A stretch of DNA of 32,000 nt from Mycoplasma mobile 163K (GCF_000008365.1 NC_006908.1:630001-662000); one strand, 5' to 3'. Positions 1 to 9,984 are shown, numbered from the stretch's first letter. Notes: generated from the sequence alone by a model not told the origin. Translations and numbers: made by a program.

Positions 1-1
1 A

Positions 2-1570
2 ATTTCTAACGATGCTACATACGAAATTTCATCAATTTTTTGTGGTGATAAAAATGAATTTTTTGAATATAAAACTCTCTCAAAATTATTTGAATTTTTC
101 AATCATTATTTCAATATGAACGACTCTATAAATTTTTATACAGCAATATCTAGGAAAAATTATGTTAATGATAAATTAAAATGGTTAATTGAAAAAGATA
201 AAATTAATGAATTTTTTGATGTTATTCTTAGTGTTGAATATATACAAAAAGAAGAAAAAGCATTTGAAATATCTGATACTGAAGCATTTGAAAAATCAAA
301 AAAAATTCTTATTAAATTGAACAATATTTTTAAAAAAGATTTTTATTTAATTGTTAAAAAAAATAATAAATTTTATTTAGAGCATAAAAATGATGAATTA
401 GTTACTTTAGGTTCAGGAGGGTTTGCTGAAATTTTTAAAGTTAACTCTTCTGGAAGAATTTTAAAAAAATTAAAAAAAGAATTTTGATTAGATAATAAAA
501 TTGTAAGTAGATTTAAAAGAGAATTTGAGATAATGAAAGATATTCAAAATATAGATGGAATTATTAAAGTTTTTGATTTTTCCTCATCTGATAATAGCTA
601 TACAATGGAATTTGGAGGAATTACCCTTTATGAACATGTTGAAAATAATAATTTTTCTGAAGAAATTAAATTAAAATATGTTGAAAAAATTTTGAATATA
701 GTTTCAGAAGTTCATAAGAGAAAATATATTCATAGAGATTTAAGTCCTTCAAATATTTTTATAAATAATGAGAATATTAAAATTGCAGATTTTGGCTTAG
801 GTAAAAATATTGATTTATTAAAAAATCATTCGCACAAAACAAATAGTACAAAAGATTTAGGACAAATGTATTATTGTGCTCCTGAACAATTAAAATCTTT
901 AGGTGATGGAACTGCTAAAAGTGATGTTTTTTCTTTAGGTAAAATAATAAATTTTATTTTTAATAAATCGCCTCAGGAAAACGAACACATTTTGAAAAAT
1001 TTAGTAGAAAAATCTACTATAAACGAACCAGATAAAAGATTTTCTGACTCAACAGCGATGCTTTATTCTTTTAAAGATTCTCAAGACCTTTCAAAATATA
1101 AAAAAATTAAAGAAATTGCTTTGGAAAAAATTAAAAATTCAGAATTTGATGATAATGTTAAATTTTTTATCGATTTTTTATCCACGGAAGAAATTTCAAA
1201 ATATTTACTCAATAAAGAGTATCTTATTGATATTAAATTAGTTAATAGTAGTCTTTTAAAGTTTATGAATTTAAGTGAAAATAATGCTTTAAAAATAATT
1301 AAAGGAGTTGAAATGAAATATAAGAAACTATGTGAAATAGTTTCAAAAAGAGATAATGTTAAAATATTCGATTTATATGATAATTTCGCTCTTTTTTCTT
1401 ACATTATATTAAGTGAAAAAGAGGGTTTGTTTCCACTAGAAGTAAGAGAATATGCTGCAAACATATTGAAATATGTAGCATTTGATGTATGAAGATACAA
1501 AGCCCAGAATTTTATAGAGGAATTAAAATTTAATGATATTGATGAAACAACAAAAAATTTATTAAATTAA
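2..1570 (+). CDS. Hanks-type Ser/Thr protein kinase-like protein with extra N- and C-terminal regions (5' end possibly outside window; first in-window ATG at 116)
   Basis: ORFs 116-487 and 533-1492 share one frame and are joined by TGA 485-487 read as Trp. A second in-frame TGA lies at 1490-1492, and the true stop is TAA 1568-1570. The frame stays open back to base 2. Kinase motifs: G-loop LGSGGFAEIF, ILKKLKK (beta3 Lys), REFEIM (alphaC Glu), HRDLSPSN catalytic loop, IADFGLG (DFG), YCAPEQ (APE), DVFSLGKI. Confidence 0.75.
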
Positions 1571-1669
1571 ATTCAATTGAAATTTTGATAGAATAATTTA
1601 TGAGTAAAGATTTGCTTGATTCGTTTCATTAAGTAATGCTTAAAATAATTATCTATAAGGGGGTATTAA

Positions 1670-3013
1670 ATGACAAGTATTAAACACTTGCTAATAAATG
1701 CAAAAAAATATGATCAAAAAGAATTTGAAATTAAAGCGTGAGTTGCTTCCAATCGTGGAAATACTAATATTAGATTTGTTGAAATTAATGATGGTTCTAC
1801 AATTAAAAATTTACAAGTAGTAATTAAAAAAGAAATAATGAGTTTTTTGGAAGTTGATAAAATTAGACTTGGTGCTGCAATTCATGTTAAAGGTGTTTTA
1901 AAATATACTCCAGGTATGGCTCAAGAAATTGAATTAAATGCTGATAAATTTATTTTATTAAAAAATACAGATGAAGACTTTCCAATTCAAAAGAAAGAAA
2001 CTTCTTTAGAAGCATTGAGAGAAATTCCACATTTAAGACACCGTACAACTACACTTAGAGCAATTATGTTAATTAGATCAACACTTGCTTTAGAAATTCA
2101 TAAATTTTACAATGAAAGAGGATATTTATGAGTATCTTCACCTATAATTACAGGTAATGATGGTGAAGGTGCTGGCGAATCTTTTGTTGTTGATGATGAA
2201 TCTAAAGATTTTTTCTTTAATAAAAAAGCAACATTAGGAGTTACTGGACAATTGCATGCTGAAGCCTATGCTTTAGGTTTTAGTAAAGTTTATACTTTTG
2301 CCCCTACTTTTAGAGCTGAAAATTCTAATACAACTAAACATGCAGCTGAATTTTGAATGATGGAGCCGGAAGTAGCATTTTTTGATTTAAAAGATCTTAT
2401 TAAAATGTCAGATGATATGTTAAGACAAGTAATTAAAAGAACAGTTGAAGCTCATCCACATGAATTTGAGTTTTTTGAAAAAAATAAACCTGGTTTATTA
2501 AAAAATTTAAACTTATTTTTAAATAATAAATTAAGCATTTTAGAATATCGTGAAGCAATTAAAATTTTAGAAAAAGTTAAGGATAGATTTGAAGATAAAA
2601 ATATTTTCTTTGGAAAAGATTTAGCAACTGAACATGAAAAATATCTTGCTGAAAAACACATTCAAGGTCCAGTAGCTGTTATTAATTATCCGAAAAGTTT
2701 TAAAGCATTTTATATGTTCCAAAATGAAGATAATGAAACTGTTGCTGCTTATGATTTACTTGTACCAGGTATTGGTGAAGTAATTGGTGGTTCTAAACGT
2801 GAAACAAGATATGAAAAATTAGTTCAAAGAGTAAAAGATCTAAAAATAAATCAAGAAGATTTACAATGATATTTAGACTTAAGAAGATTTGGTCAGGCTT
2901 CAAGTGCAGGTTTTGGTTTAGGTTTTGAAAGATTGATTATGTACATTACAGGTACAGAAAACATTAGAGATACAATTCCATTCCCAAGAACACCTAAAAA
3001 CATGAAGATGTAA
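1670..3013 (+). CDS. asnS: asparaginyl-tRNA synthetase
   Basis: ATG at 1670 is preceded by AAGGGGG (about 1657-1663). ORFs 1838-2131 and 2357-2869 are in the same frame, and several in-frame TGA codons are read as Trp. Stop is TAA 3011-3013 (447 aa). Class II AsnRS signature [24 protein letters not shown], and C-terminal [26 protein letters not shown]. Confidence 0.93.
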
Positions 3014-3163
3014 TAATTGAAAAATAATTTTTTAAATCTATTTTAATTTAAATGTAATTAAATTTTCTTAAATATAAAGATTTGAATTCTGTATAAAGCA
3101 TTTAATGATTTCGGTTTTATTTTTTTAATTTATCTGTATTTCTAAAACTCAATTTTGATAATT

Positions 3164-3192
3164 AAAAAAAGCAATCTTGTATTGCTTTTTTT
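3164..3192 (+). terminator. rho-independent terminator hairpin downstream of asnS (palindromic, could work on both strands)
   Basis: AAAAAAAGCAAT-CTTGT-ATTGCTTTTTTT: perfect 12-bp stem, 5-nt loop, T-run on the 3' side. Confidence 0.55.
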
Positions 3193-3524
3193 AATTAGTT
3201 TGGATTTAAAATATTGCTTATCTGCTATTAAATTATTGTGTTTTGCTTTTTATTATTTTTAATAATCAAAAGCAAATAAAAATTCTTATGGAAAAACTTT
3301 AATAAATAAATTAGCAACTCAAACTGCTTTTTATTATAATAGCTGTCTTACAATTTTGTTCTAATCTTTTTTTAATTAATATGAATTAAAAAAAGATTTT
3401 ATAGAATTGCTAATAATTAATTTATTTTTTTATTCAATCTAATTCAAAAGAATTTTTCAAAATACACTATTATAATATCTCTAAAATACTTAAAAAATTT
3501 TACTAAAAAATAATAGATTCTAGC

Positions 3525-3552
3525 TATAAAAAAATCAACAAAAAAGTTGATT
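3525..3552 (-). terminator. terminator of lipoprotein gene 3594-4085
   Basis: On the minus strand: AATCAAC-TTTTTT-GTTGATT followed by a T-run (plus-strand A-run 3525-3533). It begins about 40 nt after the TAA stop at 3594-3596. Confidence 0.5.
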
Positions 3553-3593
3553 AAATTCGCATTTTGATTGATTTTTTATTAAAGATTTATTTT

Positions 3594-4085
3594 TTAAACT
3601 TGAGCCATCTTAAATCCTGAAACAATAGTTGGAACAGGAACAGTGACACCATCATATGTAACTAATAAACTTACAACTAAAATACCTGTTGAATCATCTG
3701 CTGCTTTAAAATTTGGATTTGTTAATAACATTGCATCTAAATTTGCTTTTTCTAAAAGTTTAAGAGAAAAAGTAAGTGTCCCTTTATTTTCTGGAAGTGT
3801 AAAAACACCAGGTGTTTTTACAAATGTAGCAAGATTAGCACTTGTTACTTGAGAAGGCAATGTATTTGCAAAATTACCTTGTTTTTCTAAACTAGATAGT
3901 TGTGGATTTGTAGCAAGGGTAATTCTAATAAGTGCTTGTCTTTCAGTGATTTGTTCTTGTGTTAATCCACAAGCAACAACAGTTGCCATTGGAATTGCAA
4001 CTATAGAAGCCGAACCAATTCCTAATATTATTTTTTTGATTTTCAATATAATTTTAAAATCTCCTATTTTTTTATATTTTTTCAT
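3594..4085 (-). CDS. small lipoprotein, mycoplasma lipoprotein-associated-domain type (paralog of 4853-5383)
   Basis: Signal peptide plus lipobox ...ILGIGSASIVAIPMATVVAC|G. True TAA stop. It shares LPSQVTSANL...LPENKGTLTFSL...DDSTGILVVSLLVTYDG with the paralog. An alternative internal TTG start at 4046 has its own AGGAG upstream (see findings). Confidence 0.8.
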   Translation of the reverse strand: MKKYKKIGDFKIILKIKKIILGIGSASIVAIPMATVVACGLTQEQITERQALIRITLATNPQLSSLEKQGNFANTLPSQVTSANLATFVKTPGVFTLPENKGTLTFSLKLLEKANLDAMLLTNPNFKAADDSTGILVVSLLVTYDGVTVPVPTIVSGFKMAQV

Positions 4086-4312
4086 TATATATTAAAATAT
4101 TTTATTTTGCACAATTAGCAAAAAAAGTATAAATTTTATGGTAAAGATCCTTAATATAGAAAATATTAAAAATTAATATTAAACTATTTTGTTTGTTTTC
4201 ATATTTATTTTTCATTTTGAAAATATATTAATGCTCATAAATAAATTATTCAATTTATATTTCTTGGCTAATTTAATAAGAAAATAAAAAATCTTGAAAA
4301 GACATAAAAAAA

Positions 4313-4688
4313 TGGTGGAGATGCCGGGAGTTGAACCCGGGTCCACACATAAAATTTAAGAGACATCTACAGTTTAGCTAAATTTTGATATTAATATAAA
4401 ATCGAAACTTAACTAAAAACATTTATATTAACTAATTTTTTATTCGGTCTTATTTAATTAGATCATAAAACTATATTTGCTAAACAACACTTATAAATGT
4501 AGCAACACCACTTAGAAGCGACTAATTTTTAATTAAGCAAAAACTAGATTTGATTGTGAAGAACTCATTAATAAAGGAGAAACTTCTAATTGTTTTTCTT
4601 TTCCGTTTGAAAAAGCCTAGTGGTCTTATACTCTACCATAGTACTGCAGTCTAATAAACCTTATGCATGTCAAATCCATTACACCCCC
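4313..4688 (-). ncRNA. ssrA: tmRNA (transfer-messenger RNA)
   Basis: The minus-strand RNA starts GGGGGUGUAAUGGAUUUGACAUGCAUAAGG and ends GGACCCGGGUUCAACUCCCGGCAUCUCCACCA, i.e. a tRNA-Ala-like T-arm and acceptor with encoded CCA. The 7-bp acceptor pairing GGGGGUG/CAUCUCC includes G3:U. An internal tag ORF ends ...SSSQSNLVFA-TAA. Confidence 0.9.
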
Positions 4689-4852
4689 ATTAATTTAATT
4701 TTATCATTATTTAAATATAAATAATAAAGTAAACATCAAACAAAGAATTGTTTAAAGTCTACAATTGAATAATTTAAAGTATATTTTTTAAAAAATTTAG
4801 TAATGAAGCACAAATTATCTTGCTAACGAAATTTTTGAAAATTACTAATTAT

Positions 4853-5383
4853 TTAATTGCTTGTACCAGGTGTTGATGAAGTAGTTGGTGGTACTACTGG
4901 TGGTACTGGTGTTTTTTTCAATTCAGAAATGAAAATAGGAAGTCTAGTAGAAATTCCTTGGTATGTTGCATAAAGATTAATTGTTAAAGTTCCATTTGTA
5001 TCATTTGCTATATCTGTTTGTGTAAAAGATGGATCAAATCATTTAGCATGTTCTATTTGTCCTGGAGTTATTAAACCAAAAGAAAAAACAATATTACCTT
5101 TATTATTTGGAAGTATAATATTTTTTGGTAATTCAGCAATAGTGTTTACATTACTTGCTGTAACCTGTGTAGGTAATAATTCTTTTCCTGCAGCAGTAGC
5201 AATAAATCTATCACTTATACTAGATTTTGCAATAGCTTCTCCGATCATTTCTATTGTATCTAAAACTTGATCTGTTGTTGGTGTTGTAGTTGTTGTAGTC
5301 GCTCCACAAGCTACAACAGCTGACATCGGGATTGCGATCATAGTTGCTGATCCTAATCCTAAAAACATTTTTTTATATTTCAT
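4853..5383 (-). CDS. small lipoprotein, paralog of 3594-4085
   Basis: ORF 5039-5383 ends at TGA (Trp). Reading through gives a TAA stop at 4853-4855 (176 aa). Signal peptide and lipobox MKYKKMFLGLGSATMIAIPMSAVVAC|G, a poly-Thr linker, and a Pro/Thr-rich C-terminus ...KKTPVPPVVPPTTSSTPGTSN. Confidence 0.8.
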
Positions 5384-5449
5384 AACTATTTTGATATTCT
5401 CCTAAGATTATTTATTTTGAAGTAAATTTATTTGAAAACTCACTTTTAC

Positions 5450-5458
5450 ATTTTAACA
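5450..5458 (-). promoter_or_regulatory. candidate extended -10 promoter (TGtTAAAAT) for lipoprotein gene 4853-5383
   Basis: The minus strand reads TGTTAAAAT about 65 nt upstream of the ATG at 5383. AGGAG lies 15 nt before the ATG. Confidence 0.35.
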
Positions 5459-5526
5459 CATTAAACATGTCATAAAAATTAAGACTTTGAAATATTTTAA
5501 AAATAAATATCTTTAAATTAATAATT

Positions 5527-7389
5527 CTATTCAAATTCTTCCATTGAACGGGCTGAAGTATACATTTTGTAATAAAATCCTTTATCTTCTAGTAATTTAA
5601 GATGGTTTCCATGTTCAATAATTTCGCCATTTCTTAACACTAAAATTTGATCAGCATTTTTAATTGTACTTAAACGGTGAGCAATTACAAATGAAGTTTT
5701 ATTTTCCATTAGTTTTAACATAGCATCTTGAATATCTTTTTCAGTTTTTGTATCAATACTCGAAGTTGCCTCATCTAAAATTAAAATATTTGCATCTCTT
5801 AAAACAGCTCTAGCAATTGCTAATAGTTGTTTTTGACCTAAACTTAAATCTTCAGCCTCAGGTTTAAGCATTGTGTCATAACCATGTTCTAAGCTTCTAA
5901 TGAAGTGGTCTGCATTTGCTACTTTAGCAGAATTAATAATTTCTTCCATAGTTGCATTTGGTTTACTTAATTTAATATTATTAGCAACAGTATCTTCAAA
6001 TAAGAATGTATCTTGAAGCACAACACTAACATTTTCTCTTAATGAAGATTTTGTGATTTGTTTAATTGATTGATTATCAATTAAAATATCTCCATCTTCA
6101 ACATTATAAAATTTTGTTAATAAGTTAATAAAAGTTGTCTTTCCACTTCCTGTTGGACCAACAATAGCAATTGTTTCCCCTGGATTTGCTATAAAATTAA
6201 TATTTTTTAAAACAGGGGTTTTACCATCATAAGAAAAATTTAAGTTTTTAACTTCAATTTTTCCTTTAATGTTTTTTACTATAATATTTTCTTCTTCTAG
6301 ATGTTCACTTGGTTTAACTAAAACTTCATGAAATCTTTTTGTTCCTGAAATTGCTCCTTGAATAATATTTAATAATTGAAATAATTGAAAAATTGGATTT
6401 GTAAAATTATTTAAAAATAAAATGAAAATTCCGATCAAAGAAATTGTTTCGCCAGGATTAGTTGCTCCATTTGGGTTTAAAGTGGAAACTGCACCACCAA
6501 ATTCAATGTTGTTTAAAGCAAAGATAATTGCTAAAGCATAGGCCAAAATTTGCAAGAATGAAGCCATAAATAAGTTCCATGGACCTGTTAGTCCTGAAAT
6601 AATTTGAGAAGTAGCATTTGCTTTAATGATTTTATTGTTCAAAGTATCGAAACTTGCTTGTAAGTAAGATTTTTTATTAAAAGTATTTGTTACACGATGA
6701 GCTGAGATCATTTCTTCAGCAAATCCGTTTAATTCTCCAACTCTTTGTTGATTTTCATTAAAATAAGGCTGTGATTTTTTAACAGCAATAAATACTGCTC
6801 CTAGCATTAAAGGTGAAAGCCCAAACACAACTAAAGCAATATAAGGACTAAAGACAAACATTGCTATTAACATTGAACTAATTTGTAAAGTAATTGTAAT
6901 AAATTGAGTAAAGTTTTGACTTAAAGCTACAGTAACATTGTTTGTATCATTTGTTAATCTAGACATAATATCACCTGAAGAGTTTTGATCAAAATAAGAT
7001 AGTTTCAATACTTGAATTCTTTTAAATAAATCACTTCTAATAGCATTTCCAACTTGTTGAGCAATTTTAACCATAAAAACGGTTTGTATAGTTGAAAATA
7101 CTAAACTAATTAAATAAGCAATTAACAAAATTCCTAAATAAAGCGAAACTAAAGCAAAATCAACCGAAGATCCTGGTAATTTTAATGATTCACCAATTAC
7201 TTTGAAAACAAAATAAATTCCAACAATTGCACCTACATTAATTAGAGCAAATAAAACACTTAAAACAATAACAATTATAAATTTAGTTTTATAAAAAGCA
7301 ATGTATTTAAATAAAATAGCTAAACTTTGCATTAAAGTTAATTCTTCTTTATTTTTAATTTTTTGTTTTTTTAATTCTTTTGAAGTCAT
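5527..7389 (-). CDS. ABC exporter half-transporter (TMD-NBD fusion), subunit 2 of a heterodimeric pair
   Basis: Six-TM-type N-terminal domain. Walker A GPTGSGKTT, signature LSLGQKQ, Walker B ILILDEATSSID, H-loop IAHRLST. Start is placed at ATG 7389 (MTSKELKK), which has AAAGGAG at 7399-7405 and sits 1 nt after the upstream gene's stop. Confidence 0.9.
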   Translation of the reverse strand: MTSKELKKQKIKNKEELTLMQSLAILFKYIAFYKTKFIIVIVLSVLFALINVGAIVGIYFVFKVIGESLKLPGSSVDFALVSLYLGILLIAYLISLVFSTIQTVFMVKIAQQVGNAIRSDLFKRIQVLKLSYFDQNSSGDIMSRLTNDTNNVTVALSQNFTQFITITLQISSMLIAMFVFSPYIALVVFGLSPLMLGAVFIAVKKSQPYFNENQQRVGELNGFAEEMISAHRVTNTFNKKSYLQASFDTLNNKIIKANATSQIISGLTGPWNLFMASFLQILAYALAIIFALNNIEFGGAVSTLNPNGATNPGETISLIGIFILFLNNFTNPIFQLFQLLNIIQGAISGTKRFHEVLVKPSEHLEEENIIVKNIKGKIEVKNLNFSYDGKTPVLKNINFIANPGETIAIVGPTGSGKTTFINLLTKFYNVEDGDILIDNQSIKQITKSSLRENVSVVLQDTFLFEDTVANNIKLSKPNATMEEIINSAKVANADHFIRSLEHGYDTMLKPEAEDLSLGQKQLLAIARAVLRDANILILDEATSSIDTKTEKDIQDAMLKLMENKTSFVIAHRLSTIKNADQILVLRNGEIIEHGNHLKLLEDKGFYYKMYTSARSMEEFE

Positions 7390-7390
7390 A

Positions 7391-9193
7391 TTATAGCACT
7401 CCTTTCGTTTGTAGTGTTTCATCAACTTCTTGTTGACCTAGTTGGAAAACTGCTGTTTCATAATAGAATTTGCTGTTTTTTAATAATTCGAAGTGTGTCC
7501 CGCTAGAAACGATTTTTCCATCATCTAAGACAAAAATTCGGTCTGAATCTTTAACAGAATTAATTTTTTGAGAAATAATAATAATTGCTGCATCAAAGTT
7601 TTTAGCTATATTTTCCTGAATTTCTTTTTCGGTAAAATTATCTAAAGCAGAGGTTGACTCATCTAAAACAAATAAATTAGCCTTTTTTGCAAAAGTTCTA
7701 GCAAGTGCCATTCTTTGTTTTTGACCACCACTAAAATTATTCCCTCTTTGTTCAACTCTTGCTTCTAAGATTTTTTCTTGTTTTTGAATAAATTCTCAAG
7801 CTGAAGCAATTTTTGCTGCTTTCACAACTTCTTCTTCATTATTTAAATCATTTAAACCAAAAGCAATATTTGACTTAATTGTGCCAGAAAAAATAGATGG
7901 TTTTTGAGTTGCAATTGAAATATTTTCATTTAATGATTCTCTTGTAAATTCTTTAATGTTTATATTATTTAAAAGAATTTCTCCATTTGTTACATCATAA
8001 GACCTTGTAAAAAGATTAACTAAAGTACTTTTTCCGCTTCCTGTTTTACCTACAAATCCTATTTTTTCATTTGGATGAATTTTAAAATTTATATTTTCTA
8101 GAACATTAGCAGCTTTTTGAGAATAAGCAAAATTTACATTTCTAAATTCAATCGTTCCTTGTTTCAAAGATTCTGAAACATTTCCGTAAGAAATAGTTGA
8201 AGTTTGAAAAGTAACATCATTTATTCTTAAAATTGAAGGTATTCCTCTTCCTAATTGAGCAAAAACAGCAATTGAAATTAATAAACCAAATAAAACTTGT
8301 TGTAACACTTGAATAAATGGTAATAGACTGCTTAATACTTCAATATTTCCACTTAATAATGGAGAACCGCCCATTCAAATAACTGCTAAAGTTGTAAGTT
8401 GAAAAATTAAAGTTGCAATTGGAGAAATTAATCCTAAAGCACTATAAGCTTTTGTTGAAGTATTTGTTAATTCATAATTTTTTTTACCAAAATCAATTTC
8501 TTGTTTTTTATGTAAGACAAAACTTTTTACAACTCTTACTCCTAAAATATTTTCCCTCATTGCTTTATTAACATTGTCAAGATCAGGTTGCAATCTTTTA
8601 AATCAAGATTTTGTTCTTAAAATAATGCTAGAAGAAATGATTAAAATTAATGGGATTGTAATTAAATAAACTAAAGATAATTCTGGACTAATAATTAAAG
8701 ATGAAACTAATCCGCCTATAAACATAAAAGTCCCTCTTGATAAAAATCTTGCAGCAAAAGATAAAGCTTCTCCTACAACAATTGTGTCATTAGTAATTCT
8801 TGTAATTAAAGAAGAAGTTGTGAATTTATCAATATCTTGTTGTGACATGTCTTGAATTTTTTTAAACATTCTAGATCTCATTTGAGCAATAAAAGTAGTT
8901 AAAGATCTAATTACTAAAATTGTAGAAAGAGCTCCAAAAATAAAAGAAATAATTGTTGCTAAAATGGAAAGACCAATATTTAAAGCTATCATTGAATTTA
9001 AATGATTTACATCTATTCCTATAGCTAATGTTGGATTTGCCAATGCAAGTTGAATCTTCCCAAAATCATTCAATATAAATTCTAGTAAAAAAGGTAAAAC
9101 AAAACCAGCTGCTGTTTGTAATAGAACAAAAAAGATTCCAATTAAAACACCGACTAATTGTTTCCCTCTTAAAAAGCTAAAAAATCTAATCAT
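7391..9193 (-). CDS. ABC exporter half-transporter (TMD-NBD fusion), subunit 1 of a heterodimeric pair
   Basis: Four track ORFs (8603-9193, 8375-8593, 7796-8374, 7391-7711) share one frame and are separated only by TGA codons (600 aa when joined). Walker A GKTGSGKST, signature FSGGQKQR, Walker B LFVLDESTSALD, atypical H-loop IISQKINS. Confidence 0.9.
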
Positions 9194-9234
9194 ATTTTTT
9201 CCTTAAATGTATATAAAGTTTTGTAAGTTAAAAA

Positions 9235-9243
9235 ATTATAACA
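9235..9243 (-). promoter_or_regulatory. candidate extended -10 promoter (TGtTATAAT) for the ABC pair
   Basis: The minus strand reads TGTTATAAT about 40 nt upstream of ATG 9193. AAGGA lies about 9 nt before the ATG. Confidence 0.4.
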
Positions 9244-9256
9244 CTAAAATAAAAAA

Positions 9257-9967
9257 CTAATTATTTCATGTTTTTAATAAAGAAAGTTTTCTCAAAATAA
9301 TTGGTTGTAGTTTATGTGAAGCAAAAACCAGTGGAACTAAAAGTAAAAATAATGTTGACAAACCTACAAGATTGAATAACCAAATATATGCATGAACTCC
9401 ACCAGGAAAAGATGTTGGCGTAAAAACAGAGAAAAAAACATAGCCTGAAATAGCATGTGACATTCAAGTTAAAATCAATGCACAAAATCCTATGGTAATT
9501 TTAATTCAAATTTTTGTTTTGTAAAAAATACCTAAAAAAGCAATTGAAATTAAAGGAATAAAATAATCAAGAAAATAAATTCCTATTGCTTTATCAATTT
9601 CACCAGGAAAAATAATTACACCGGAAGCAAAAATGAAAGGTAAAGATGTTGCAAAAACTAATAAATAAATTAAAATAGCAAAAATACCTATTTTAAATCC
9701 TAATACTAATACACCAAAAATTAAACTTATTTGAAGAAAATCAGCAATTCCTGCCCCGAAAGGTAATGAAGGAACAAGATATTCAAAAGCTGCAACCAGT
9801 AAAAGAATTGCCAGAAAAAAAGAAATATAAACTATCTCTTTTACATTTGGAAAAATCTTTTCAAAAAGTAATTTTTCAGGTTTTTCATAAAATTTTGTAG
9901 ATTTATTTGAAGATGATTTATCTTCTTCAAAATTTAAGTTTGTTTTCATGAAGCCTAATTTCTGCAT
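9257..9967 (-). CDS. polytopic membrane protein, ThiT-like (ECF S-component type) thiamine-related transporter
   Basis: ORFs 9506-9967 and 9266-9463 share a frame and are joined through TGA codons. True stop is TAG 9257-9259 (236 aa). It has multiple hydrophobic helices, and the segments FLDYFIPLISIAFLGIF and TWMSHAISGYVFF resemble ThiT. It lies directly downstream of a TPP riboswitch. Confidence 0.65.
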
Positions 9968-9984
9968 GAAACTTTTTTGAATAG

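Noticed and set aside
1571-1669. T-box leader upstream of asnS
   Set aside because: The spacer is only about 100 nt. It has no T-box consensus, specifier hairpin or terminator/antiterminator pair.
4313-4345. ssrA 3' end as an integration site of a genomic island, with the flanking lipoproteins as cargo
   Set aside because: No second copy of the ssrA 3' segment (GGACCCGGGTTCAACTCCCGG), no integrase, and no other mobile-element gene appears anywhere in the window.
7390-7425. Track start at 7425 (MMKHYKRKECYN...) for the second ABC gene
   Set aside because: It would overlap the upstream gene by 35 nt. ATG 7389 has a strong AAAGGAG at the right spacing and begins 1 nt after the upstream stop.
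7391-9193. Four consecutive ABC-transporter ORF fragments as a decayed pseudogene
   Set aside because: All fragments are in one frame and are interrupted only by TGA. Under code 4 they form one intact 600-aa protein with all ABC motifs in order.
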